This document shows, in pieces, positions 10,673-22,718 of a stretch of 64,000 bases of DNA. The notes beneath the pieces were generated by a model, which was not told where the DNA came from, did no database searches, and saw only the letters and a program-made list of their open reading frames with translations. The position numbers were made by a program, and so were the translations under genes. Numbering within the stretch: position 1 is the first letter of the stretch; the number at the start of each line of letters is the position of its first letter. Source of the DNA: Torpedo marmorata (taxonomy: Eukaryota). Location of the stretch: NCBI GenBank assembly GCA_977017645.1, contig OZ360227.1:154442001-154506000 (forward strand), read 5' to 3'.

Positions 10673-11624
10673 AGAACCATGACACCTATTCAGATCAACA
10701 ACCTCTCATGAGTTTCCCAGTTTGTACTGCCTAATATCTGCTCGTACATTGAGTTTACCTGCAGAGCATTGCTGATATGATCTTATAGTGATATTTAGCT
10801 TTGAATGCTGAATTTCTGTTTTCATGTAGTAATTTATTCAACAGAAAATCTTGTTTTTATTTCACGGCAGTATTACACAAAAAGTAAAGTAAAAAAGACT
10901 CCACAAATTTGTGATCTCTTTTGAGAGATGGAGAGAATACAAATTTATGTTTTTTTCTTTTTGCTAGTTGGATTCTACAGCACCAGTGGTAGAGTTAAAG
11001 TCTTGCTTTGGTGGACCCAGAAGAGCAAAAAATGCAATTTTCCTTTACCCAAAAAAAATCTTGAAAAATTATAATTGTGCTGTAGCCTACAGGATAATTT
11101 CACAGAAGAAAAATCTTTTCTTTCAGCTTGGCTTTCATTATCCTAGAAGTCGGGAATCTCAGCAATGCACAGAACAATTATTCCACAACAGGGCTGTGAT
11201 GGGGTCCAGGGTGCTGAAGGTGGGCGGTTCAGCATAATGGCACCACTGTGGAACTATACACACTTATTGTGAAGCCTGAGCTTGCCAAAGTGTAAATGCC
11301 TGCCTTTCTTCCAAGCACAGAAGCTAGATTATACAATCACAAAATTCAGTAAGAAGGTCAGTCTAACGGGGTGATTGGTAGCAACGGAAGCTGGCACAAT
11401 CTCGATGCTGAACACTGAGGTTACTCTGTGGCATGTGCTGCAGGTGTACCATCATCAGCTCAATACCAATCATTAACAAACCCAGATAAAGAATGGATAA
11501 TTTCCTGTCCCTTCTTACCGAGTAGGGCATGCATAGTTTATATTTTTGTTCATGTTGCTTCTTTTTATTTTCCCTGGCGCACTTACCAATAAAAATTCAG
11601 CTGCCGGGGCTTGAGAGAAAGATC

Positions 11625-11960
11625 AAGGCCGACACTTCAGTTCAATGCTGAGGAACTGCTTTACTGTTGGAAGGGCTGACTTTCAACAGGGACATTCAAT
11701 CAAGAACTGCATCTATCCCCTCAGGTGGTGGTTGTGGTTCAAAATCCTGCAGCAGTATCTTGAGAATGGGAAATAAGTTTTCGTTGGCCATCCTTTATCC
11801 CTCAACCAACATGGCTAAACAATAACCTGTTGATCTGATCATTACCTCATTGCAGTTTAGGGGAAATACAATGTGTAATATGGCTGCTGGGTTTCCCTAC
11901 ATGAACAGTACTTCATAGACTGTAAAGAGCTTTGGCAAGGCCTGAGATCTATATAGGAAG
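11625..11960 (+). mobile_element. Ancient Deu-domain SINE (SacSINE1/AmnSINE-like), degenerate
   Basis: GCTGAGGAACTGCTTTACTGTTGGAAGGGCTGACTTTC...CCTCAGGTGG...ATCCCTCAACCAACA...TGGCTGCTGGGTTTCCCTACA...TGTAAAGAGCTTTGG follows the Deu-SINE body as I recall it. Confidence 0.6.
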
Positions 11961-12100
11961 CAGGCAAATACCTTGACGAAAGGCTCGGATCCGAAACATT
12001 GGTTATATCCCTTTGCATCCTATCGACGCTACGTTGACCTGCAGAGTTTCTCCAGCAATTTTGGGTATTGCAGGCAAATATCTGTTTTTTCCATTTTCAT
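11961..12100 (+). mobile_element. Penelope-like 3' terminus with hammerhead-like core
   Basis: CCTTGACGAAAGGCTCGGATCCGAAACATTGG...GACCTGCAGAGTTTCTCCAGCA. Confidence 0.7.
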
Positions 12101-12811
12101 TCTTTTCAGTTTCACCTTTTTAATTTCTGTTCCTAGTCCCAAGATGTTTCTGGCAACCAGAAGCCTCAAGCCACCAACAATTTTTCCAAAGCCACTGTTC
12201 ATTTGATTTTGCAGAGTGAAGCTTATTATCATTCCCAGGTTGACCTGTTTTTTATTTGTTTTGCATTTCCAAGTCTTTTTTTTCCTCCATTTTCCTATCA
12301 CTTTACGACTGACAGATGGGTGCAGACTCCCGACTGTCTCCTGAGGACAATATTCTGTCTCACCATGAGCAACAAAGTAACCAACAAAAACCGGTTTAGT
12401 TTTCACTCCTGCGTATCTTCAAGTGAACTTAATGCATTGAAAGGTCACACTGCTGCACATTACAGAGAAAACCTGAATGCAATATTTCTGGGAATTGGTG
12501 TCAAGAAGAACAAATTCTGATACGTACAGTTGTGATTAATGGAGGAGAAGTAATGGGAGCAACGTTATCCCTGAACATCCCTGTCCACAACAATGAGCAG
12601 AAAGGATGAGGCTGAAGTGGTTGCAACCATCTTGCATATGGGTATGGTGTTGGCACAGCAGTTAAATTACTGGTCTCATAATCTAAAGGCCTGACTTCAA
12701 ATCTAACCGTGACAGCAGTGAAATTTAAAGTCAGTTAATAATCTGGAATTTGGAAAAACTGCATCAACCAGTTTTCAAATGAGAAGTATAAAAACAAATA
12801 GATTGTTATAA

Positions 12812-12903
12812 AACCCTTGATGAAGGGTTCCAACCCCAAACATCAACCATTCTTTTTCTCCCATTGATGCTGCACAACCTACTGAGTTCCTCCAGCAGAT
12901 TGT
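12812..12903 (+). mobile_element. Penelope-like terminal fragment
   Basis: CCTTGATGAAGGGTTCCAACCCCAAAC...CTGAGTTCCTCCAGCA. Confidence 0.65.
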
Positions 12904-13231
12904 TCCCATGTGAATTATGCATCTTAACCCCTTTGTCAGGAAAACTAGTCTTTAGCAAAAATGATTTGCTCTTCATGACATCAAGAAAGGGCCTTGGGTA
13001 AACAGAAATGATGGGCCCTGATAAAATCAGAGCTATCATGCTGAACTTGTGCTCTGGAACTTGTTGCCACTACCATATATTAAACCAAGTTAAGGATTAG
13101 CTAGGTATACTGTTGTCCACAAAAGGAGGTAAAATCCAACCTGATAATTATCATGCTATCAGTCTTCTCTCAATTATCAGCAAAGGAATGTAAAGGATCA
13201 TCAACAGTGCTATCAAGCAGCATTTACTCAC

Positions 13232-13630
13232 CAGAACACAAAAGTGTTGGAGAAACTCAGCAGGTCATGCAGCATCCATAGAAAGTAAAAGGCGGTCAAC
13301 GTGTCAGGCCTGAAGTGCCGAAAGTTAGGCAGACAACTGAATAAAAAGGTGGCGGGGAGGGGGGAGGAGAACGGGAAGGGAGAGGAACACAGGATAACAA
13401 GCGAAAGGTGGATACAGGAGGGAGGGTAGAAGCTGAGAGGGGAGGTCTCCTCTGATAGGAGAAGGAAGGGAAGGAGGTAGGGAGCTGAAGGAAGGAAGGC
13501 AGAGGGATAAGGGAAAGAGAGAGGCCGGGAGAAGGGGACGATAACAGAAACTGGTGAAGTTGATATTGATGCCGTCTTGTTGGAGCCTGCCGAAAAGGAA
13601 TATAAAGTGTTCTTCCTCAAAAGCTTGCAC
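13232..13630 (-). mobile_element. Penelope-like element 3' part
   Basis: Minus-strand EEEHFIFLFGRLQQDGININF is the PLE endonuclease C-terminus, followed by a pyrimidine-rich UTR and the terminal repeat. Confidence 0.8.
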
Positions 13631-13974
13631 TCTTTAGGTTTTACCAGGGCCATTCAACTTTAGGTCTTATTACAAACATGAACAAAGCAGGTAAATGCCA
13701 GAGGCAAAGCAAGAGTGAGTGCTCCTGACATTAGGGCTGCCCCTCACTGAGTGTGGCATTGGGGAGGCCTTCATATAAGTCACTGAGAACTGGTGGTCAA
13801 ACTTCAAATGGTTGGATTCATATTTAATACAAAGGAAGATGTTTATATTTTTGGAGATGAACTACCTCAGCCACGAGACATTGTTGCAGGAATTTATCGG
13901 GCAGTGTGGAACCATCTTCAACTGCTAATTAGCTGACCTTTGCATCATGTCACAGATGGGGTACTTTAATACTG

Positions 13975-14487
13975 CTTGCTTCTTTGTGAGGTGTTTGACG
14001 AAATTCGATATGTCACTGAAAACTCTCGAAAACTTCTACAGGTGTACCGTGGAGAACATTCTGGGTGGTTGCATCACTGCCTGGTACGGAGGTGCCAACG
14101 CTCAGGACAAGGGTTGTTAACTCGGCCTGCGACATCACGGGCGCCAGACTTCACTCCATCGAGGACATCTACAAGAGGCGATGTCTTAAGAAAGCAGCCT
14201 CTATCTTCAAGGTCCCCCACCACCTAGGCCATGCCCTCTTCACTCTGCTACCATTGGGGAAAGGTACAGGAGCCTGAAGACGAGCACTCAGCGGTATAAG
14301 GACAGCTTCTTCCCCGCTGCCATCAGATTCCTGAATGATCAATGAAGCAAAGACACTGCCTTAATTTGACTTTTCGTGCACTATTTTTATTTATTTTTGT
14401 AAGGTCGTTTATATGAATGTTTGCACTGTGATGCTGCTGCAAAATGACAAATTTTGTGACTTTTCATGACAATGAATTCTGATTCTG
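13975..14487 (+). mobile_element. Rex/Babar LINE 3' fragment
   Basis: Homologous to 37710-38250; ends in GACAATGAATTCTGATTCTG. Confidence 0.88.
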
Positions 14488-16948
14488 TATCTCCTCAGTT
14501 GATGGAATACACCATGTCTACATTAGTGCCATCGAAGTACCAGGCAGTGACCATTTCCAGTCACATTCTTTGCAATTACCATTACCAAATCCTCTAAACT
14601 GGGGCTGCGGTTTCTCAGGAACATGGATCACCCACATCAATATTGCGGTTAACAGAGCATGCTAGAGGTTATGTATTCAACAGCAAGTCATTCATCTGTT
14701 TACAGGGCTCTCTGTGAACTATAAGGCACAGGTTATGAGAGTGATAGGTATTGTCCATTGATCTGTACAAGTGTAGATCCCACAGCTGCTGTGGCACTTG
14801 TCACCATCCAGAAAACAAGAAATCTGCAACATTGGGACCCCTTACAGTATTGCAAACTTTGACTCCCTCCACCAATTTTGTTCCATGGCTGTGGTGCATT
14901 CCATCTAAAAGACAGATCATAGCAGTCACCAAAGCTTCTTCAACAGCATCCCCCAAATCCTGATACCCAAAAAAACAAAAGCAGTATTCAAGTGGGAACT
15001 CCCACCGCCTCTGAGTTCCCCTCTCAAGTTTCACTCCATCCTGGCTTGGAAATATATTGCTGTACCTTCATCAACACTCATCCAAAACTCCAGAGCAATC
15101 TACATCATAGTATGTTCAGAGTTTCTTGATCTCACAGTCTGCAGTGGCTCACACCAAGTCTCAAGGACAATTAGGCATAGAAAATAAATTCTGGCCTTGC
15201 CAATGCGACCCATATCCTGTGAAAGAAGTAAAAAAAAGCTTTCTTTGAACGTAACTTATCTCACACCAGCAGTTCAACAACTGTTTCTAAATTAAAATTC
15301 ATCTAAACACTTCCTTTCACCCTTCAGTATTCTGATACTTGGTCTTGCAATTATAACAAAGAGGTTACAGAATTGCAATCAGAATCTCAGCCCTTTATAG
15401 CTGGGTTTTTAACTCTAAAACAGTAATGCATATTTTTTTACATTTCTGATCCAAAGCGCTCAAATCTTACTGGCCCCAACAACGTTTTCAATATACAGCT
15501 GTGGCCTGACAAGTAAGACACTTTAATGAAAGCTGTTCTATTGATCAGGCCATTCCTTCAAGCAGGAACTCTCAATGAATAATTTGTGGTGGAAATCAAC
15601 TAGTTTCTGAAACAGATCCTGCAAAAAAAAAGTGTGACCCTATTAACAGAAGATAAGGTACCTATTGAGATTATGAAGGTTTGACAATTCAGTGGACAGT
15701 GCAATTAACAGATTGTAATGTTATGAAAGGCCCTGATGACATCACAATTCTCAGAGTAGTTCAGTACATCATCTGAAACCCTGACGTTAGATTATGGCCC
15801 TATAACTATATTCATTCCCAGCTATCTGTTTTTTTTTTTACAATGTATACTGATTTATTCACTGAACTCACTTGTTGCACATTTTTCTGTATTCTGTGCT
15901 AGTTTGAAGTGAATTTTGTGGTATATTGCTTGGAACTCTCCTACTGGTGGACTGTTAACCCTTTTTCATTCCACTTTTTCAATAACAGGTTGTTGACAAA
16001 GGAGATGAGAGCAATAACTGGAAGTAAGGGAGCTGTTCCCCAAACCGATTATGGCTTTGTTTGTGTTTCATTATGTTGCAGGTTTGCTGGCCTGTTTTTT
16101 TTTCAGGTCTGTTTCTGGAGTTCAGATTGGTACCTGCTCACAGGAGATTGGAATTTTTTGTTGGATTCGACACATGTTTATAGTAAGGCGTCTGGTAGTA
16201 TCCACTCAAACCATTAATCTCTTAAAATACTGCTTCCGCTCCATAATTTGTGCTCAAGAAGGAGCATTCGTTAATTAAAACGAATGCTGCTAAAAATGAC
16301 AAGACTGATTCTTTCATCAATAATTTGCAAATGAACCGTTTTCTTCTTTAGCACTACTCTCTGAAGGCACTGATTTGCACTATTGCTTTGCTCCATGAGT
16401 ACTAACTATCCCTCTGCCACTTCATTCAAGTAGCAAACTTCATCCACGGCCCTGGGCCGAAAGAGTTGCTGAGATATTTGACCACAGGAAGCATCCTTGT
16501 CTAGATCTATCTTGTCCTCAACCTATAAAGGAAGAAAGGAAGACAAGCCCATGGCAGAAGTTGCTAGATAGCAAACAGGAATAAGAATTCTGTCAGCCTT
16601 TTCCCTTCTATAACCTCAGGACAAGTGAAAATAACTGCAGTGTCACAACTGCTGTCAATCAGCTCCGAGCAGGGATTAAACCTTCATGTCCTGTACAGTT
16701 CAGACCAATACCAGGCAGTAACACCGCACCACTACAGTGTCAGGGCAACTGTGCTTTGTTTCTGTGCTGACTGGCACACTCAGCTGTTACTCAGCAACAG
16801 TATATTGAATGGATGATAGCTTGTTCTGGCCTGTCTTCTGTCTATCCCCATTCACCCTTCACCTTGCACATTTACCACAGTACAACAATAGTGACAACTG
16901 ACTTGCCACAGTACTCTGTTTTCTAATGTCCCCTTTAAATTATTTGAC

Positions 16949-17520
16949 AGTTCAAAATTCAAGATTCCTCTATTGTCATTTAATAATACAGAAAATTTAA
17001 TATTGCTCAAAATTTCCTTCTGCCTGCCATAAGACAAAGAGTCACCATTAGTATTGCCCGCTGCCCCTTACAGTAAGAGTGAAAGAGTCCTTTCAGAGAC
17101 ACTTAGTGTCCGTGGATTTGCCTCCAGTGCTTCTGCAACCTCTGCAACCGCACAGACCCTATTCGATCCATCGGCAACCAGAACTCCAGTTCCAAAGCTC
17201 TGACCGATGCGATCAGGAAACCTTGAGCGCCGGAAACCTTCTTGCCCTCAGCACCCTCACAAATCCTGGTTCTGTTAGTCCCTCGGCTGCAAATCGCTGA
17301 CCGCTTTCAGCCTGTACGGGTCCTTCAGCTGCTCAGCCCCTCGCTGGTCCGCTGCCACGGTCACCGTCCTGTAGGGTTGTCTCCTCTGCTTCTCCTTCTC
17401 AACGGGGGGAGGGGAAGGGGGGTGTTCTCCCTGCTTCTGGTGCCCTGTGCCATTCTGCTGATTTCCCCAGAATCTGCAACCCCTCATGGCCGCTGCCAAA
17501 CATGGGCGCCGCCATCTTGG
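16949..17520 (-). mobile_element. Non-autonomous retroelement with AAGATGGCGGCG head and LINE-like tail
   Basis: Minus strand begins CCAAGATGGCGGCGCCC, has a GC-rich non-coding body and ends GACAATAGAGGAATCTTGAATTTTGAACT; the tail resembles that of the SINE at 771-970. Confidence 0.55.
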
Positions 17521-17607
17521 GCACAGTTATTAAATTGGTAGAAGAATGCTGGCTTAACTGGGAAAAAATACATAAGAGCACCATCCAGGATGACAGTTAA
17601 ACAAGAA

Positions 17608-17990
17608 AATCTGCAGCTGCTGGGGACTAGTGCAATACACAAATGTGCTGGAGAAACTCAACAGGTCAATATCAAGTTCAAGTTTATTCATCATCCGATT
17701 GTACCAGTACAACTAGACGAAACAGCGTTCTCCGGTCCACGGTGCAGAACAGGGCAAAACAGGTGTACAGATATAACACACATACTGACAAATGATAAAT
17801 ACAGTATACACAGTACATATATTAAAATAAATAATAAATATTAGAGCCACGGAGGTCAAGAAGCATCCATAGGAAGTAAAAGGCAATCAACGTTTTGGGC
17901 CTGAGCCCTTTGTCGAGAAACTTCCCAATGAAGGGCTCAGACCTGAAACGTTGACTTTTCTTTTCAAGCACTTTTGTGTACTACATCCAA
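17608..17990. mobile_element. Fold-back pair of Penelope termini, interrupted by a Rex-type tail (17670-17845, minus)
   Basis: TCAACGTTTTGGGCCTGAGCCCTT and AAGGGCTCAGACCTGAAACGTTGA are inverted; the insert matches the reverse complement of 18540-18625. Confidence 0.7.
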
Positions 17991-18272
17991 GACCATAGGA
18001 CTGTTTCATGGCTTCTCCACATGAAGAATGAAAGAATTTGATTTTTTGATGAGAGAATTTTCCGCTAATTGTGTGTATAGTGCAAAGTGTTATGTGCAAT
18101 CTTAATTAAGGAAGTAAACCATTCCAGTTGGTCAACATATTTTATAGCGTCTGTTGTTGGTAGTCCAGGAGCTCCTCATTTACATAGACCTATTGCAAAA
18201 CTGCAGTAGAAAATATCTGGCTTCAGTTTGAACCAGAAAATCTTTTTTTTATATTTGAATACAAAATTATTG

Positions 18273-18625
18273 AGGACCCATTCCACCCTGCACACAGCAT
18301 CTTTCATCTGCTCCCATCGGGGAAGAGATACAGGAGTATCAGAGCCAGCACCACCAGGCTGAGGATTGGAACAGCTTCTTCCCATGGGCAGTGAGAATGC
18401 AGAACGACCAAAGGAACTGCTCACACTAAACATCAGAGAATCTCATTTGTACAAAACAAAATTTATTTATTTATTTTTATCGATAAAATACTTGTCCTGC
18501 ATATGTATTTGTCTGTATGTGTGTTATGTCTGTTTGTGTGTCTGCATGTTTTGCACCAAGGACCGAAGAACATTGTTTCGTCGGGTTGTACTTGTACAAT
18601 CAGATGACAATAAACTTGACGAACT
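18273..18625 (+). mobile_element. Rex/Babar LINE 3' end, second subfamily
   Basis: Encodes [33 protein letters not shown]; tail GACAATAAACTTGAC. Confidence 0.8.
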
Positions 18626-20537
18626 ATTTCAAGAAAGAGAATAAAAATAACCACTTGTCAGTAACCTGAGTACTTCTTCACAGGGAAGAAATTTCAAATT
18701 ATATGCAATACAAACATTCCCTCTGTAAAAATACATTGTGAGGCTACAGCTGCCATTTGCAATTCTCAATGTTTTTCAATAAAGTCATTTTATTACATAT
18801 CCATTGTGTTTGACAGATTTTGTTACTCTGTCACAATGAACAAAATGGCAGCATATTTTCTACTATAATGTTTTTGAGAGTGAACACGCTTTGATAGAAA
18901 CTGGAGTCCATTGCTAGGGCATGGGAAATGTTCCCTGCCATATCATTCAATCTAAGGTGGCTCAGTTTGAAAAAGGAATGGCTTATTTTACAGGCAAGTA
19001 ATGCAAGTAGAAAAATCTCAAATTGAATTATAATCAATGCTGTTTCTGTGTATTTCAGGTAAACCAATGGAGAACTGGTGAATTGATGTCAATGTTCCTG
19101 GACTTGGACCATTTTCCAATGTTCAAAGCTTTTGAACAAGGCTTTGGTGTGAAGGAAATCAGCCACTGCTCCCACTTTTCATTACCATTCTAGTAATGCT
19201 TATTGCTGTCTGCTGGTACTCAACTTGGACAGAATGGAATTAGGATTCACTGCTTCTGAGGTCTTTATCTCAGAATGGGACAGTATATTCAGGAAGCATA
19301 GTAATTTACATTGCCAGGGTGCACAATGTACTATTATTGCAGCCTTTCTGAGTGGTCCAATATTTGCACTGCAGTTTGAATCATATAATACAGCAAATTA
19401 CTGCCATTAGTTTGACTGAATCTGGTGATTGAGAAATCCACCACACTTCTTGTCTACCTGTGAATTTCTTGCAACTCACAAGTATTCTTTTTAAATAAAA
19501 GGTGATATCGTAAGAAACACAGCAGGTATATTCTGTTGTGTGTTTCAAAACAATAACAAGTCTCAGGAGTGCAGTGGACATTTGAGTAATCAATCAGTTC
19601 TTGTGGTTCGTCAACAGGATCAGAACCTCGTCTCTTTCTCTGTTAGTTACTGGTTTCTGGTATTTCTCTGAATGTACTTCCCAGGTTTAATTTACACGCA
19701 GGCTAGAATTTACACAATCTAGAGGATGAAAATACTTCAGTGGAGCAAACAAGCACAATCAGAAAAGTACACATACTCTGGTATGAATGATCCAACCTGT
19801 TAGGTACAAATATTAAAATGAGGGAATAATTAAATTATATGTATAGTATTCTAGTTTTCTTCATGTTTTCTCCAGGCTTTGCTGGAAATTACTTAGCCAG
19901 AATTTGGAGGTGAGATTAGGATGCTACAACTCGGTTGGCTTTTATTCCCCACACATGGTAATAAAAGACTAACTTGACACTAAGAGACACTTAGTTGCAC
20001 AGTAAAGTGCTGCCTATTTCTTAGTAAAAACTTTCAAAAGGAAAGAATTTCCCAAATAAATATAGGAGAATTACATTTGATTAGATTACTCTATAATCTT
20101 AAATGTTATACCTGTACAATTGTGGGTAGTGCTCTTTGTCCCTTATGGTCCTGTTTTTATCAAGTTACAAACTGTTGGTTTGAGACTATCAAACTGCAGA
20201 CATTCTGTCTAGAGTTCATCCTCAGGTGACATCATGGATGGAGACAGTGGTTTGTGGGCAGCAATCGACATTTATGATGTCAAATTAAGAAAAAACACAT
20301 GACTATCCTTAGAATTCAGGGACTGCAAGAATTTTTTGAAGGAAAGCAAAGAATTTTACTTACCGGTATATAAAATGCATTGGTCCAAAAGACAATATGT
20401 GAGAACAAATGCCTCTTTTATTTTTAAAGTTGAAGCTCAAAATAATGTTCAGGCCAAGCACAAACTTGGTGCAAGGGTTCAATGCCTAATCTGCACTGAT
20501 TCACTTTATGTCCATTCTGAATACAACAGGTAGTTTA

Positions 20538-20891
20538 GGCCCTTTCACACTGCCGAGTACATGTGGGTTAACCAGGCAATTTACCCGGTAACTTACCCGG
20601 TAATCGTGCAGTGTGAAACATCCCAACCGGGCAGGGCAGGTCAAATTCAACCGGGCTCGGAGACATGTAGGGGTACTCTCGAAGCCTGGCCGAATTAGCC
20701 CGCCAATCGCTTTCTGGCGGTGTGAAAGGACAACTTGCTCTCGCATTGTCACCGCTGGAGCTTAAAATCCCAGGTTGCCGATTTACCAGGTAAGTAAGGC
20801 TGCAGTGTGAAAGGCCCCGGAGGTGCAGCCTTCCCGGGAACTTTACCCGGTTCCTTGGAGGGTTGGCAGGAATCGGCGGTGTGAAAAGGCC
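20538..20891. mobile_element. PIF/Harbinger-like MITE
   Basis: TIRs (TA)GGCCCTTTCACACTGCCGA / TCGGCGGTGTGAAAAGGCC(TA), 2 mismatches; internal GTGTGAAA repeats; TSD ambiguous. Confidence 0.7.
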
Positions 20892-22473
20892 TACTAACTC
20901 TGGTCTTCGGCTAGAGATGCAGTGGAGGATTGTTGTCTCTTGATTGACATTTGGGGTGCATATATGGCCACTAACTGGGGTCAGGAACCAAGCAAGCTGT
21001 GAACTGGCCCACTGGCACCACTAGTCCCCTCAACCTGTCCTTCCCAAAATGGCTGAATAGTTTGAAGTCATTCCTTGCTTAGACTTAACACATGTGGAAA
21101 GGCGAATTGACCAAGGTCCTAAGGGATACCTAACAGCTACAGATACTTGCATGGCATGAGTTAGCACCTTCTTTAGAGGTGATAATTGGATGGGTGGCTG
21201 CGATAGGGATATTTTAAAACAAATCTTTCTTGCAATTATATTATGTTTGAATGAGTCCTCCCCGCCTTTCCCTAAACTTTAAGCATTATATTCCTGCAAA
21301 GTCTTTCTAACTATGGCCAAAGCAGTAGAAAAGGGCACAATGAAGGCAAGTGTAATTCATCAATTCATGTGCTTTAAATCATTTTCTTACATTTTCTTTT
21401 GCTCTCTCACACATATTCTCTTTTTCTTTTGCACACAACATACATAACTCCATGTATTTCTTGCATACATGCTGAAGAATCATGGATAATCACACCAATG
21501 CAGAAATATTCACTTACATGCAAGTAACTCTGTACTTCTGCATTCATTATACCTTGTACTTAGATTATCTGGAACACATTTATTAACATTCAAAAATGAT
21601 CTGTGAATAGAATTTCAGTCAAGTTCTCATCAGTTACCAATGTTTTTTTCTGGCCAAAAGTTGGCTTGTGTTGTTTCCTTTGCAAGAGATGTTACTTAAA
21701 AGGTGGTTGATTGGTGGAGGGTGGGGGGTGGAGAAGGGTGGATGAGTGCATGCTGAAGGGAACTAACTGGCTTTAAGCATGTATGTGAATGCGCATCAAA
21801 CACCTTAATACAACAAAGATTGTGTCAGGATCCTCAATCACAACTCCGTCACCAGATACTCCAACCTTCTCAGGCAGTTACCTAGGCAGCAGCAAAAAGT
21901 CCCACCGTGAAAAGAATACTCACATAGTCATAAGAAAGGAGGTTGAGGTGGTGATTGCCATGCAGATGCCCTCTCTAATAGAGTTCTTCTGCCTCAGAAA
22001 TTGCATGGACAAATGTTGTTTTAAAAGTAGAACAGCTAATACTGCCACTATCATATAAACCCTCCCTCCTCCCTAATTCCCTGTTAGCTTCTAGGTTCAC
22101 AGATATGTAACTACAATTAACATGCACTGGCTGGGGATTTACACAGCCGCCATCCTTCGGGCTGTATCCTGATGAAGCAGTATATTATTTCAGCTGGTAG
22201 TTTAACAAAGCTTTAGGATGAGACTGATTGATTAAGACCAGATGGGTGGCCACACATAGGTGCGACAAAAATAGAACACATTGCAGACATTCCTGGCATT
22301 AGCCTTCTATGGTCAGGGGAGGTGGACTGACGGTCACTACCCTATCTACCTCCTTGTGGGTCTAGAAAATCAGGAATGTGAGACTGTGGCCAGGACTCAG
22401 ACAGTAAGGGCAGGCTGTTAGACTTGAAGAAGACCTTGGATTTTCTGTATTCTAGGACAAGCATACCCCTACA

Positions 22474-22514
22474 TCTCTCTCTCTCTCTCTCTCTCTCTCC
22501 CCCTCCCTCTCTCT
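22474..22514. repeat. (CT)n microsatellite
   Basis: Direct reading. Confidence 0.9.
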
Positions 22515-22596
22515 TTCCCCGACTCTCTTTGACCCCCTCCACCCCCGCACCAGCATGAAGTTTCACTTAATGTTCTGCCAGAGCCAAAACCGTTAC

Positions 22597-22718
22597 TTAG
22601 CTGTTATAAATCGTCTTGGATTTCACTGCCGAGTCTGTGCAACTACTGATCTCTGGCTGGCATCTCCGGTAGCTGTGTACTGCCTGCAGGGCGTGATGGA
22701 ATAGAGACCCCGTCTCTT
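22597..22718 (-). other. Candidate 122-nt exon (non-coding or poison type)
   Basis: Acceptor TTTTTCCCCCTTCTCAG, donor GTAACG, unique CpG-retaining sequence, stops in all three frames. Confidence 0.35.

Larger units (their letters stand above)
12500..15238 (+). mobile_element. Ancient degenerate LINE (RT remnants), interrupted by younger elements
   Basis: 13120-13230 encodes K.N..NYHAISLLSIISKGM.RIINSAIKQHL; 13700-13770 resembles ALDI.AAFD.VWH; 13880-13940 resembles AGVPQGSVLGP; 3' tail AATAAATTCTGGCCTTGCC...CCCATATCCTGTGAA...poly(A). The 5' boundary is approximate. Confidence 0.6.

Noticed and set aside
21789-22058. 89-aa plus-strand ORF, and nearby minus-strand splice-like signals, as a coding exon
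   Set aside because: No recognisable protein similarity and no consistent acceptor-donor pair
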